Source: Candidatus Multivoradales bacterium
Lineage (GTDB): Bacteria; Acidobacteriota; Thermoanaerobaculia; Multivoradales; Multivoraceae
Direction: 5' to 3'
Length of the DNA: 64,000 nucleotides
Assembly (NCBI GenBank): GCA_965223325.1
Contig: CBDCWI010000002.1
Span: 2,464,001-2,528,000 of the forward strand
Shown here piece after piece: positions 30,596-39,580 of this stretch. The notes beneath the pieces are model-generated. The model made no database searches. It saw nothing but the letters and a program-made list of their open reading frames with translations, and was not told where the DNA came from. The number at the start of each line of letters is the position of its first letter. The stretch's first letter is position 1. The position numbers and the translations under genes are program-made.

Positions 30596-31221
30596 GGGTC
30601 ATGAAGGCGCGGGTGCGATTGGTGGCTCTGGTGGTTGCCGTTGCGGCCGTGGCTGCGGCCGCGTCCTGCGGCGCCTCGGGTGCCAGTCTCGGGCCCGGCG
30701 ACCGCGAACGCGGCAAGGCGTCGTGGTACGGCGAGCCTTTTCATGGCCGGCCGACTGCCAACGGCGAGATCTACGACATGCACGCGATCTCGGCCGCTCA
30801 CCGCACACTGCCGCTGGGCACCAGGCTCGCGGTTCGAAACCTCGAGAATGGGCGATCGATCGAGGTGCGCATCAACGATCGGGGTCCGTTCGTAGGCCAA
30901 CGCATCCTCGACCTGTCGCGCGCTGCGGCCTCCGAACTCGGCATGTTGCAACGCGGTGTCGCCGAGGTCGAAATCACAGTCCTCGAAGTTCCCCCACGGC
31001 ACACCTGGCGCGTCCAGGTCGGTGCCTTCAGGAGCCCTGCCAATGCTGAGCTCACGCACGGGCGAGCGCAAAGGATAGAGCCTGAGATGAGACTCTGGAC
31101 CGAGGGGGAACTCCACCGGGTTCAGCGTCGCGGCATCACCAGTCATGGTGAAGCGCGTCGCCTCCGCAAGAAGCTACGGCGCGCCGGCTTCGACGCTGTC
31201 ATTCTGCGCGAACGCCGCTAG
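30592..31221 (+). CDS. rlpA: Septal ring lytic transglycosylase RlpA family lipoprotein with SPOR domain
   Basis: GKASWYG..FHGRPTANGE, AAHRTLPLG, INDRGPF, VQVGAF. Confidence 0.93.
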   Translation: MRVMKARVRLVALVVAVAAVAAAASCGASGASLGPGDRERGKASWYGEPFHGRPTANGEIYDMHAISAAHRTLPLGTRLAVRNLENGRSIEVRINDRGPFVGQRILDLSRAAASELGMLQRGVAEVEITVLEVPPRHTWRVQVGAFRSPANAELTHGRAQRIEPEMRLWTEGELHRVQRRGITSHGEARRLRKKLRRAGFDAVILRERR

Positions 31222-31237
31222 GGTCTCGCTCCTCCGC

Positions 31238-32833
31238 TCAGGCGCTCGTTTCGACCAGCTCCGCTGCAAGGACCTCTTCGAGCGCACGAACAGCGGCCAG
31301 GAGGTCGGCGCCAGGATCCGCATCGAGTCGCAAGACCGCCAGAGCCTCGGGTGTGCCCTCACCGGCCCGCTGGCGCGAGAGATGAATGTCGGCGATGTTG
31401 ATTCCCGCTTCGCCGATCAAGGTGCCAAGACGACCGACGACTCCCGGCACGTCGCGGTTGCGCACCACCAGCAGGCGCCCCTTGGGGCGGAACTCGAGCT
31501 GAAAACCCTGGAAGCTAACGACCCTGGGATCCCCTTCGCCAAACAGGGTCCCTGCGCAGTGGATCTCCCGGCCACTGCCATGAAGGGTCACGGACACCAG
31601 CTGTGAGAACTCACCCGAGCCGCTGTGGGTCGAGCGCACGAGTTGAATGCCGCGGTCGGTGGCCTGCTGTTCGGCATTGACGTAGTTGACGGCCTCGCCC
31701 AGATGCGGAGTGAGTGCACCCTTCAGAGCAGCAACACCCACCGGCACGTGCAGCGACTCCTCGACTCCGAGAAGACCGATCTCGACCTTGTCGATGCCTT
31801 CACCGAGGACCGCGCTGGCGAGGCCGCCGAGGCTCTCGGCGAGCAACAGGAAGGGCTCACCGCGACTACCAGACGGCCGGAAGGGCAGGTTGAGCGCTGA
31901 AACCGAGAGCGAGCCTGAGAGTGCAAGAAGGACATCGCGCGCCGTGTCGGTCGCCACGCGCTCCTGGGCCTCGCGGGTCGAAGCGCCAAGATGAGGTGTC
32001 GCCACGACCTTCGGATGGTCAGCCAGTGACCACGTCTCGGGTGGCTCCTTCGACCACACATCGATGCCCGCACCACTGAGTTTCCCTGACTCGAGCGCCC
32101 GGAGCAGTGCCGGCTCGTCGATGACGCCGCCGCGCCCGCAATTGATGACCACCGCTCCGTCCTTCATGCCGGCAATCGCCTTCTCGTTCAGCATGCCGCG
32201 CGTTTGATCGGTGAGCGGAGTGTGGAAGGTGACGACGTCGGCTTCGGCAAGCAACTCGGCGAGCTCGAGAGCTTCGACGTCGTGGGAGCGGGCGACCTCG
32301 GCGTTCAGAAACGGATCGCTGGCGATCACCCTCATACCGAACGCCGCCGCGCGCGTCGCGACGCCCTGGCCGATCTTGCCGAAGCCAATGACTCCCAGGG
32401 TCTTGCCTTCCAGTTCCTGGCCGACGAAGGTCTTCCGGTCCCAGGTCTGGTGCTTCATGGCGGCGTCGGCCGGCGGAACCTTGCGTGCCACCGCGAGCAT
32501 CAGGGCGAAGGTGTGCTCCATCGCCGAGAGAAGGTTCGAGGTCGGGGCATTGATCACCAGAACGCCACGGCGAGTCGCCGCCGGAATGTCGATGTTGTCG
32601 ACGCCAACGCCGGCCCGCGCTACGACCTTGAGACCGCTCGCAGATGCCAGTAGCGCATCATCGACCTGGGTGGCACTCCGCACCACCAGGGCGTCGTAGG
32701 TGCCGATGATCTCGTGGAGACGCGGCCTGGTTTCGTCATCGAGCAGGTCGACCTCGGCGCCGGCCTCGCGCAGGACGTCGATGCCCGCCTGATTGAGCGA
32801 GTCGGCGATCAGAATACGGTGGCTGGAAGACAT
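31238..32833 (-). CDS. serA: D-3-phosphoglycerate dehydrogenase with ACT domain
   Basis: RAGVGVDNID, GVIGFGKIG, TPHLGASTREAQ, NRDVPGVVG. Confidence 0.95.
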   Translation of the reverse strand: MSSSHRILIADSLNQAGIDVLREAGAEVDLLDDETRPRLHEIIGTYDALVVRSATQVDDALLASASGLKVVARAGVGVDNIDIPAATRRGVLVINAPTSNLLSAMEHTFALMLAVARKVPPADAAMKHQTWDRKTFVGQELEGKTLGVIGFGKIGQGVATRAAAFGMRVIASDPFLNAEVARSHDVEALELAELLAEADVVTFHTPLTDQTRGMLNEKAIAGMKDGAVVINCGRGGVIDEPALLRALESGKLSGAGIDVWSKEPPETWSLADHPKVVATPHLGASTREAQERVATDTARDVLLALSGSLSVSALNLPFRPSGSRGEPFLLLAESLGGLASAVLGEGIDKVEIGLLGVEESLHVPVGVAALKGALTPHLGEAVNYVNAEQQATDRGIQLVRSTHSGSGEFSQLVSVTLHGSGREIHCAGTLFGEGDPRVVSFQGFQLEFRPKGRLLVVRNRDVPGVVGRLGTLIGEAGINIADIHLSRQRAGEGTPEALAVLRLDADPGADLLAAVRALEEVLAAELVETSA

Positions 32834-32921
32834 GACGAGGGCTCCAAGAAGGCGGTGGGCGCGGGCGTTTTCGAGCTCGGCGAGGAGCGCGCATCATAGC
32901 GCCTGAAGAGCGTCTCAAGAG

Positions 32922-34124
32922 TCAGTAGAGCAGGTAGCTCCCAGAGTCCTCACGAAACAGTGTCTGGTCTGCCTTCCAGCTCTCGACCCAGGTGACCAGG
33001 GCTCGATCGTCACCGGCCTCGAGGGCGCGGCGTGGCTCTTCGGTGCCCAGCAGCAGATCGAGCGCCGGGCGGTCGACACGGAACTCGTAGGGCTCGGCGC
33101 GCCAACCGAAAGCCTCGGGCTCGGCTCGAAAGAGCGCCCGCAACATCTCGAGCCCGAAGCGGGTACCCCGAACCTCCGACGGTTCTTCGACCAGCACCTC
33201 GACCCCGCCACACACTTCGCCCGCGTGCTTCTGGAACTGCGGCCTGAAATACACCGGCACGAAACGCAAGCCACGCAATGAGTCCTCGAGGACTGGTCGT
33301 TCGAGCTCCGCCAGGAGCGCCCGCGGGTCGATCCACGGGGCGCCAACCAGACGAAACGGCCGCGTGGTACCGCGCCCTTCCGAGAGCGTCGTGGCCTCGA
33401 GCAGGCAGCCACCGGGATAGACCGCCGCAGTGTCGAAGTCCGGCATGTTGGGCGAGGGAGCCATCCACGTGCGACCGCTGTCGGGCCACATCGACCTTCT
33501 CGACCAACCATCGAGCTCGTAGACCGAAAGGCCTTCGAGATCGTGACCGGAGCGTGCGAGCTCGAGTCGCGCCAGCTCCGCCAGCGTGAGCCCGTGACGA
33601 ACCGGGGTCTGAAACGCCCCGACAAATGACTCGAAACCGTCACACGGGATGTTGCCCTCGACGATCGCACCTCCCAACGGATTGGGCCGATCGAGAATCC
33701 ACACTTCCTTGCCGAGCTCGAGAGCGACTTCGGCGGCCCAGATCGCTGTCGCCACGAAGGTGTAGTAGCGGCTGCCGACGTCCTGAAGGTCGACGATCAG
33801 GAGATCGAGCTCGTCGAACGCCTCAGGACGAGGGCGGAGGGACGCTTCGTTCTCGCCGTAGAGCGACACCACCGGGATCTCGGTGAGCGGATCGCGCGTC
33901 TCGAGCGCCGCCACCATGTCTTGTTCGACGCCGTAGAAGCCGTGCTCGGGCGCAAACAGTCGCCGCGGCGGATTGGCGGTGTCGGCCAGGGCCAGGTGCA
34001 CCAGCCGGCCGTCGGCGAGGAGCGCCGCCTGATGACTCAGGACGCCGTAGTGGCGCCCGCGCAGGGGCGCCGGGTCGTCGAGCAGCCGGTCCGCACCGAC
34101 ACGCAGTCGCCGACGCGCGCTCAC
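32922..34124 (-). CDS. DUF1343 / NamZ-like exo-beta-N-acetylmuramidase
   Basis: LFAPEHG, VSLYG, DLQDVGSRYYTF, LDRPNPLGG, PSPNMP, SEGRGTTRPF; GTG overlapping the moaC stop. Confidence 0.9.
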   Translation of the reverse strand: MSARRRLRVGADRLLDDPAPLRGRHYGVLSHQAALLADGRLVHLALADTANPPRRLFAPEHGFYGVEQDMVAALETRDPLTEIPVVSLYGENEASLRPRPEAFDELDLLIVDLQDVGSRYYTFVATAIWAAEVALELGKEVWILDRPNPLGGAIVEGNIPCDGFESFVGAFQTPVRHGLTLAELARLELARSGHDLEGLSVYELDGWSRRSMWPDSGRTWMAPSPNMPDFDTAAVYPGGCLLEATTLSEGRGTTRPFRLVGAPWIDPRALLAELERPVLEDSLRGLRFVPVYFRPQFQKHAGEVCGGVEVLVEEPSEVRGTRFGLEMLRALFRAEPEAFGWRAEPYEFRVDRPALDLLLGTEEPRRALEAGDDRALVTWVESWKADQTLFREDSGSYLLY

Positions 34125-34663
34125 CCGGACTCGCCGTCCGCTGCACTCCCAGTCGGGCCAGCGGAGTTGCGCACCCAGTCCCCGCTGCGGCCGCCGCTCT
34201 TGGCTTCGAGCTGGAGATCGGTCACCACTGCTCCGCGCTCGACCGCCTTGACCATGTCGTAGAGCGCCAGCGCCGCCGCCGAACAGGCCACCAAGGCCTC
34301 CATCTCGGCACCAGTACGCCCCGTGACCACGATGCGGCTCGACACCCGCACCCCGCCAGGGGCCTCTTCGATCGCCACTTCGACCTGATCGAGTGGCAGG
34401 GTGTGCGCGAGCGGAATCCACTCGTCGGTTCGTTTGGCGGCCTGGATACCGGCCAGGCGAGCGACGGTCCGTGCGTCGCCCTTTGGCAAGCGGTCGAGTC
34501 GGGCCACGGTCAGAGGCGAGAGCAGTACCCGGCACGAAGCCGCTGCCACCCGCCGGGTGATCGCCTTCTCAGAGACGTCGACCATCTGCGCGCGCCCGGT
34601 CTCATCGAGATGGCTGAAGCCTGTCCCGGCTGCGTCGGGTCCCTGTTCGTCGGAACTGCTCAT
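34121..34663 (-). CDS. moaC: Cyclic pyranopterin monophosphate synthase
   Basis: SHLDETGRAQMVDVSEK, KGD, AAKRT..IPL.H, EMEAL, YDMVKAV, KSGGRSG. Confidence 0.96.
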   Translation of the reverse strand: MSSSDEQGPDAAGTGFSHLDETGRAQMVDVSEKAITRRVAAASCRVLLSPLTVARLDRLPKGDARTVARLAGIQAAKRTDEWIPLAHTLPLDQVEVAIEEAPGGVRVSSRIVVTGRTGAEMEALVACSAAALALYDMVKAVERGAVVTDLQLEAKSGGRSGDWVRNSAGPTGSAADGESG

Positions 34664-34728
34664 GATCTCCCTCTTCTCACTACGCCCCGGAGTGTATGCC
34701 CCCGGAAGGCGGTTGGTACGGTGAACGA

Positions 34729-35412
34729 GTGTCCAAGTTCGCGATCGTCATCCCGACTCTCGAGGAACAGCCCGCTCTCGAGGACCTCTTGCCTCATGCT
34801 CTGGCCGAGGCGGACCTGGTCGTGGTTGCTGACGGCGGCAGCACCGATGAAACCGTGACAACGGCTGCCGCCCGCGGAGCGATCGTCGTCAAGAGCCGGC
34901 CAGGACGCGGGCGGCAGCTCGATCGAGGCGCCCGCCGGGCGGTGACAGAGGGGGCCGACGCGTTGCTCTTTCTCCATGCCGACACGCGTCTTCCCGCGGG
35001 TTTTCGCGCCTCCATCGAATCCTGTCTCGCCGCCGGCGCCGTCGGTGGCGGCTGTCTGATCGAGTATCCCCACGCTCGCGGCCTCTTGCGTTTGGCAGCG
35101 CCCCTGGTGAATTGGCGAACCCGTCAGTTCAAGCGGCCTCTCGGCGACCAGGGACAGTTCGCCACGGCAGCCTCCTGGCAGGCCGTGGGTGGCTTCGGTG
35201 CGCACCCCATCCTCGAGGACCTCGACTTCATCAGGCGCCTCGCACGCTATGGCCGACTGGCCATCGCCGAGCTCTACCTGCAACCAAGCGCCCGACGATT
35301 CCGTCAGCAGGGCGTTGTGACGACGGTGCTCGGCAACTGGCTGATCTTCACCCTCTATCGCCTCGGGGTGTCACCGCGGCGCCTCGCCCGCCTCTATCGC
35401 CACGTCCGCTGA
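34729..35412 (+). CDS. GT2 glycosyltransferase (TIGR04283-like)
   Basis: IVIPTLEE, ADGGSTDET, GRGRQL, LFLHADT, GDQGQF, LEDLDF, SARRF. Confidence 0.88.
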   Translation: MSKFAIVIPTLEEQPALEDLLPHALAEADLVVVADGGSTDETVTTAAARGAIVVKSRPGRGRQLDRGARRAVTEGADALLFLHADTRLPAGFRASIESCLAAGAVGGGCLIEYPHARGLLRLAAPLVNWRTRQFKRPLGDQGQFATAASWQAVGGFGAHPILEDLDFIRRLARYGRLAIAELYLQPSARRFRQQGVVTTVLGNWLIFTLYRLGVSPRRLARLYRHVR

Positions 35413-35416
35413 ACCG

Positions 35417-36496
35417 TCAGTCGTCCTTGCTGCTGCCACTCACCCCGCTGCTGGCATCTTCGGCTTCGAGCAACCGCGCCCCCTTGAGCATGCCGCGCAT
35501 TGCGTAGTTCCCCTCGTGGCAGGCGTACTCGTAGAGCGGCCCCTCTGAGGCGCGCAGCGGGATGGCCACCGTGAACGGAGTCTCGAACGTCTGCGGGTCG
35601 CTCAAGGTGTACTCATAGAGCAGCCGCTTGTCACCCTGGCGAGTGAAGCGCTCGATGAGGGTCATGTTGCGGGCGCTGCCGACGGCTCCGGACTCCATAC
35701 CGTCTTCGAAGTCTGCCGGAAGCTGGAAGGTCGGCACCTTGTCGCTGAAGTTCGTCGTTTCAACGACCAGGGTGTCGCCCTCCCACTGCCCCCGTGAATC
35801 ACCCGACCAGCGCTCGATATCAGACGCCAGGTGAGGCCGGCCGTCCATCGGGATGATCCGGGCGTCGTGGATCATTTCGGTCAACAGCACGATGTACTTC
35901 GGGGTCTGCAGGATGCGCAGGTTGTTGTTGTAGGCGCTCGGCGCGATCGGCGGCCCGGCATTGAACCCCTTGAGACAGCGTTCCGAAAGGCCAACCGACT
36001 CGGGCCCCTCAGGACGAAATCGCTGCGGATCGGCGCTGTAGGAGAAGAGGTCGCGAACCGGCGGCGTCCGGAGCCGGTTCTGCTCCGCCATGCGCTCTCT
36101 GGCAGCGGGAGTGAGCGGCGGTAACCGGCCATTGGAAGGATCGACAATCAACGAGGTGCGCAGATCCTCGGTGAGCTCAGTGCCCCAGTCCCACCAGAAT
36201 GAGTTGTAGGCACCTTCGACATCGAGAGCCGAGTCGCCGACCCGATTGTCGACGTCGAGCAGGGCCAGCGCCTGATCGAGAAACACCTTGGCCTCTTCCG
36301 GGGTGAGGGTCGCCTTCTCGGCCAGTTCCGGCGGTCGCTCGAGAGGGGTGATGACCCGAAAGTCCCAAACTCCCCCGATGTCGGGCGTGCCCCAGGAAGT
36401 GCGCGGCAGCTCGTTGTCGGTTCCCTCCAGGGACGTGCCAGGAACAACGAAGACCAAGGCTAGACAGATCGTGGGAACGAGAGGAAAGCGCTTCAT
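35417..36496 (-). CDS. Exported conserved hypothetical protein
   Basis: Signal peptide; PRTSWGTPDIGGVW, GDSRGQWEGDTLVVETTNF, YEYACHEGN. Confidence 0.85.
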   Translation of the reverse strand: MKRFPLVPTICLALVFVVPGTSLEGTDNELPRTSWGTPDIGGVWDFRVITPLERPPELAEKATLTPEEAKVFLDQALALLDVDNRVGDSALDVEGAYNSFWWDWGTELTEDLRTSLIVDPSNGRLPPLTPAARERMAEQNRLRTPPVRDLFSYSADPQRFRPEGPESVGLSERCLKGFNAGPPIAPSAYNNNLRILQTPKYIVLLTEMIHDARIIPMDGRPHLASDIERWSGDSRGQWEGDTLVVETTNFSDKVPTFQLPADFEDGMESGAVGSARNMTLIERFTRQGDKRLLYEYTLSDPQTFETPFTVAIPLRASEGPLYEYACHEGNYAMRGMLKGARLLEAEDASSGVSGSSKDD

Positions 36497-36585
36497 GGCC
36501 CGAGTTCCTTTCTGGTCGGCTTTGGTGCTGTGTCTTGGCTAGCGGTGAGGAAAGACTATCAGGGGCCCTCGACGCCAGCCGTACA

Positions 36586-36626
36586 ACAAAAACCCCGCCT
36601 ACCCATTGGCGGGTGGCGGGGCTTTG
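36586..36626 (-). terminator. Intrinsic terminator downstream of HU
   Basis: CCCCGCC.ACCC / GGGTGGCGGGG hairpin followed by TTTTTGTT on the minus strand. Confidence 0.8.
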
Positions 36627-36671
36627 CGTGCGATTGCACCAGACGTCGGTCGACGTCCCTGATTTCGGGCC

Positions 36672-36956
36672 CTACATCATGGGGTTGACGGCGCCCTTGA
36701 GCTCTTTGCCCATCTTGAAACGGACACTGTTGCTTGCCTTGATCTGGATCGCCTCGCCGGTGGCAGGGTTACGCCCAGTGCGCGCCTTGCGGTGCGAGAT
36801 CGAGAAACTCCCGAAGCCTGGTACCTGCACGCGCTCTTCGCGACGGAGGTGGCCCGTGATCGCTTCGATGGCGGCATCGAACGCATCCGCGGCCTGCTTC
36901 TTTGAAAGACCGGCCTGGTCCGCAATGCGATCGACAATGTCAGCTTTTCCAGCCAT
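36672..36956 (-). CDS. hup: DNA-binding protein HU
   Basis: KADIVDRIA, VPGFGSF, RKARTGRNPATGEAIQI. Confidence 0.96.
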   Translation of the reverse strand: MAGKADIVDRIADQAGLSKKQAADAFDAAIEAITGHLRREERVQVPGFGSFSISHRKARTGRNPATGEAIQIKASNSVRFKMGKELKGAVNPMM

Positions 36957-37041
36957 CACTTCTCCTTGAATTTTTTTGGGGGATTTGGAGCGGGAAACCC
37001 CTGAAAATAAAGGCGTCTGCCCGCACCCGGTGTGTGATTTC

Positions 37042-37070
37042 AACTTACGGGAGTTTCTATATCGTGTCAA
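37042..37070 (-). promoter_or_regulatory. Putative sigma70 promoter of HU
   Basis: TTGACA-17 bp-TAAGTT in AT-rich intergenic DNA. Confidence 0.7.
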
Positions 37071-37147
37071 CGAGATAGCATGATATGTTTGGGGGTTTCG
37101 AAGGAATCTCGACGAGTTTTTCTAGAATTTCTGCCTCAACACTGGAT

Positions 37148-38551
37148 CTAACCCCGCTTTCGCAGGGCGTGAACGGTGAAGCCGTCGTGATCGGCTCCCG
37201 GCAGAAGCCTCCAGAAGCCGTCCGCCAGGTCGCCGAGTTCGGCGCGGCAAGGCATCATTTCGGCCCTGGGAACCGGTTTCAGCTCAGGACGCTTCGCCCG
37301 CAGTGAAGCAACAACGTCCTCGTTCTCCTCGCGCTCGAGTGAGCAGGTGATGGCACATAGGAGACCACCTGGTCTCACCCGCTCGGTCGCCCGTTCCAGC
37401 ATGGCCAGTCCAGCAGTTGCAAGACGATCAATATCTTCGGGACTCGAGCGCCACTTGAGCTCGGGGTTCTTTCGAAAGGTACCGGTTCCGGAGCACGGTA
37501 GGTCAGCGACGACACGGTCGAAGAGGCCGCTGACCGTAGGCCGCACCGCGTCGCCGAGAACGATCGGCATCGGGCGGTCCAACCGCCGAAGGTTCTGGCG
37601 TACCAACAGCAACCGCGCCATCGAAGCGTCGTGCAGCACCGGTCGAACGCTCGGTCGGAACGCGAGCAGCGAGAGGCTCTTGCCGCCCGGCGCTGCCATC
37701 AGGTCGAGCACCGTCTCACCCTCGGCCGGCGGCGGAATGAGGGCCGCCAACTGACTGGCTTCGTCCTGGACGTAGAAATCACCGCCCCGGAAAGCATTGG
37801 TCGCCAAGGCATCACCGCCCCTCACCTTGAGTCCGAAGGGCGCTAGGCGCGATGGCTCGACGTTGATGCCTTCGTCGATCAGCTTCTCGGCGAGCAGTTC
37901 ACGACCGGAACGGTCGCGGAAGGCCAGCAGGTGAAGCGGCTTGGGGCGGTTGTTGGCGTTCAGGAGGCGCGTCGTCGCGGCGAGCCCGAAGCGCTCGAGC
38001 CAGCGCTTGACCAGAAAGCGAGGGTGACTGAGCTCGATCGCCAGGGTCTCGACCTCGGTCTCGGCCTCGACCGGCCAGGCGTCGAGACTGGGACTCTTGG
38101 CGAGCCGTCTCAAGACGGCGTTGACGAAGCCGCCACCGCCGCGATGGGTGACGCGCGTCGCGTGCTCGACGGCCTCGTGCACGATGGCGTGGTCAGGCAC
38201 CCGATCGAGAAAAAAGAGCTGGTAGACGGCAATGCGGAGCGGCCCGAGCAGGTCGGGTTCGATGTCGTGCAAAGGGCGATCCGAAGCCTGGCTGATCAGG
38301 TGATCGAGCCGTCGTTTCCAGCGCAGGGTTCCATAGACCAGCTCGTGCAGCAGGGCGTGATCGCGGGCATCACATCGATCGAGAGCCGGCGCCAGGAAGG
38401 CGTCGACGATCGACCCGGTTTGAAGCGTGCGCTGAACCACGAAAGACGCCGCCTCGCGCACGTTGCCGTGTGCCGAACGGGCCCCACCGTCGCGACGCGA
38501 CCCACTGTGGAGTTGACGAATCGCCCGACCCGGTTTGCGCCGCTTGCTCAC
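37148..38551 (-). CDS. rsmB: 16S rRNA m5C967 methyltransferase (NusB-like domain plus Sun/RsmB)
   Basis: ELVYGTLR, FVNAVLR, SHP, YVQDEAS, AAPGGKS, PCSGTG, TCSLEREEN. Confidence 0.93.
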   Translation of the reverse strand: MSKRRKPGRAIRQLHSGSRRDGGARSAHGNVREAASFVVQRTLQTGSIVDAFLAPALDRCDARDHALLHELVYGTLRWKRRLDHLISQASDRPLHDIEPDLLGPLRIAVYQLFFLDRVPDHAIVHEAVEHATRVTHRGGGGFVNAVLRRLAKSPSLDAWPVEAETEVETLAIELSHPRFLVKRWLERFGLAATTRLLNANNRPKPLHLLAFRDRSGRELLAEKLIDEGINVEPSRLAPFGLKVRGGDALATNAFRGGDFYVQDEASQLAALIPPPAEGETVLDLMAAPGGKSLSLLAFRPSVRPVLHDASMARLLLVRQNLRRLDRPMPIVLGDAVRPTVSGLFDRVVADLPCSGTGTFRKNPELKWRSSPEDIDRLATAGLAMLERATERVRPGGLLCAITCSLEREENEDVVASLRAKRPELKPVPRAEMMPCRAELGDLADGFWRLLPGADHDGFTVHALRKRG

Positions 38552-39576
38552 GGTTCGCCTTCGGCGGGGGCCTCGGGGGTGCCCTCGGCAGGATGCTTCG
38601 CTGGCGCGGCGCCGAGCGTTTCACCGACTCGCGGCTGCTCACCGTTGATCCAGTCGCGGGCCGCAAGCGCCCGTCGACCCGGTCGCTGAACCTCGAGCAA
38701 CTCGAGGGCAGCGCCGTCGCCACAAGCGACGGTTACCGCGTCGCGATCGACCGCCACGATCTGGCCAGGCTCTGTCTCTCCGGTGGTCTCACCGCCCTCT
38801 CGCTCACCGTCAATCACCCGCAGCGCCAAGAGACGTAGTGGCTTCCCGCGCAGCTCGGTCTCGAGCCCGGGCCAGGGGGTGTAGGCGCGCAGTAGGCGTT
38901 CAATCACTTCGGCCGGTTGCTGCCAGTCGACGATGCCAGCAGACTTCTCGAGCCGCGGAGCGTAGGTCGCACGGGTGTCGTCCTGTGGCTGCGGCGCGAG
39001 AGTCCCTTCTTCGAGGCACTGGAGGGTGTCGAGGAGAACCCGCGCCCCGAGTTCGGCCAGTTTCACCTCGAGGGTCTCGGTCGTATCATCGGGGGCGATC
39101 GCCAGCGAACGGCACAAGAGCGACGGGCCGGTGTCGAGGCCCTCTTCCATCACCATCGTGCACACGCCGGTCTCGGAATCGCCGGCGGCGATCGCCGCCG
39201 CCACCGGTGCGGCTCCACGGTGACGCGGCAGCAGGCTGGCGTGCACGTTGATACAGCCGTGCGTCGGAATCTCGAGCAATGCCTTGGGAAAGATCTGACC
39301 GAAGGCGATCACCACCGCCAGGTCGATCTCGAGCTCGCGAAACATCGCCAGGAAGGTCTTACTGCGTACCTTCGCTGGCTGCTCGAGAGCCAGGCCGTGC
39401 TGGTTGGCAAACCTCGCGACCGGCGGCAGGGCGAGCTTGCGACCTCGCCCCTGGCGACGCGACGGCTGGCTGACCACCAAGACCGGTTCGTAGCCAGCCT
39501 CGCAGAGTGCTGCCAGCGACGGCACCGAGAACTCGGGCGTGCCAAAGAACGCGATTCGCATCTCGCTCGCCGCCAC
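38548..39576 (-). CDS. fmt: Methionyl-tRNA formyltransferase
   Basis: FFGTPEFS, CINVHASLLPRHRGAAP, GLDTG, ATYAPRL. Confidence 0.97.
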   Translation of the reverse strand: MAASEMRIAFFGTPEFSVPSLAALCEAGYEPVLVVSQPSRRQGRGRKLALPPVARFANQHGLALEQPAKVRSKTFLAMFRELEIDLAVVIAFGQIFPKALLEIPTHGCINVHASLLPRHRGAAPVAAAIAAGDSETGVCTMVMEEGLDTGPSLLCRSLAIAPDDTTETLEVKLAELGARVLLDTLQCLEEGTLAPQPQDDTRATYAPRLEKSAGIVDWQQPAEVIERLLRAYTPWPGLETELRGKPLRLLALRVIDGEREGGETTGETEPGQIVAVDRDAVTVACGDGAALELLEVQRPGRRALAARDWINGEQPRVGETLGAAPAKHPAEGTPEAPAEGEP

Positions 39577-39580
39577 CGTG

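Noticed and set aside
34121-34663. moaC as part of the acetylene-hydratase-like system
   Set aside because: It lies 19 kb away among housekeeping genes; it only shows general molybdopterin synthesis capacity.
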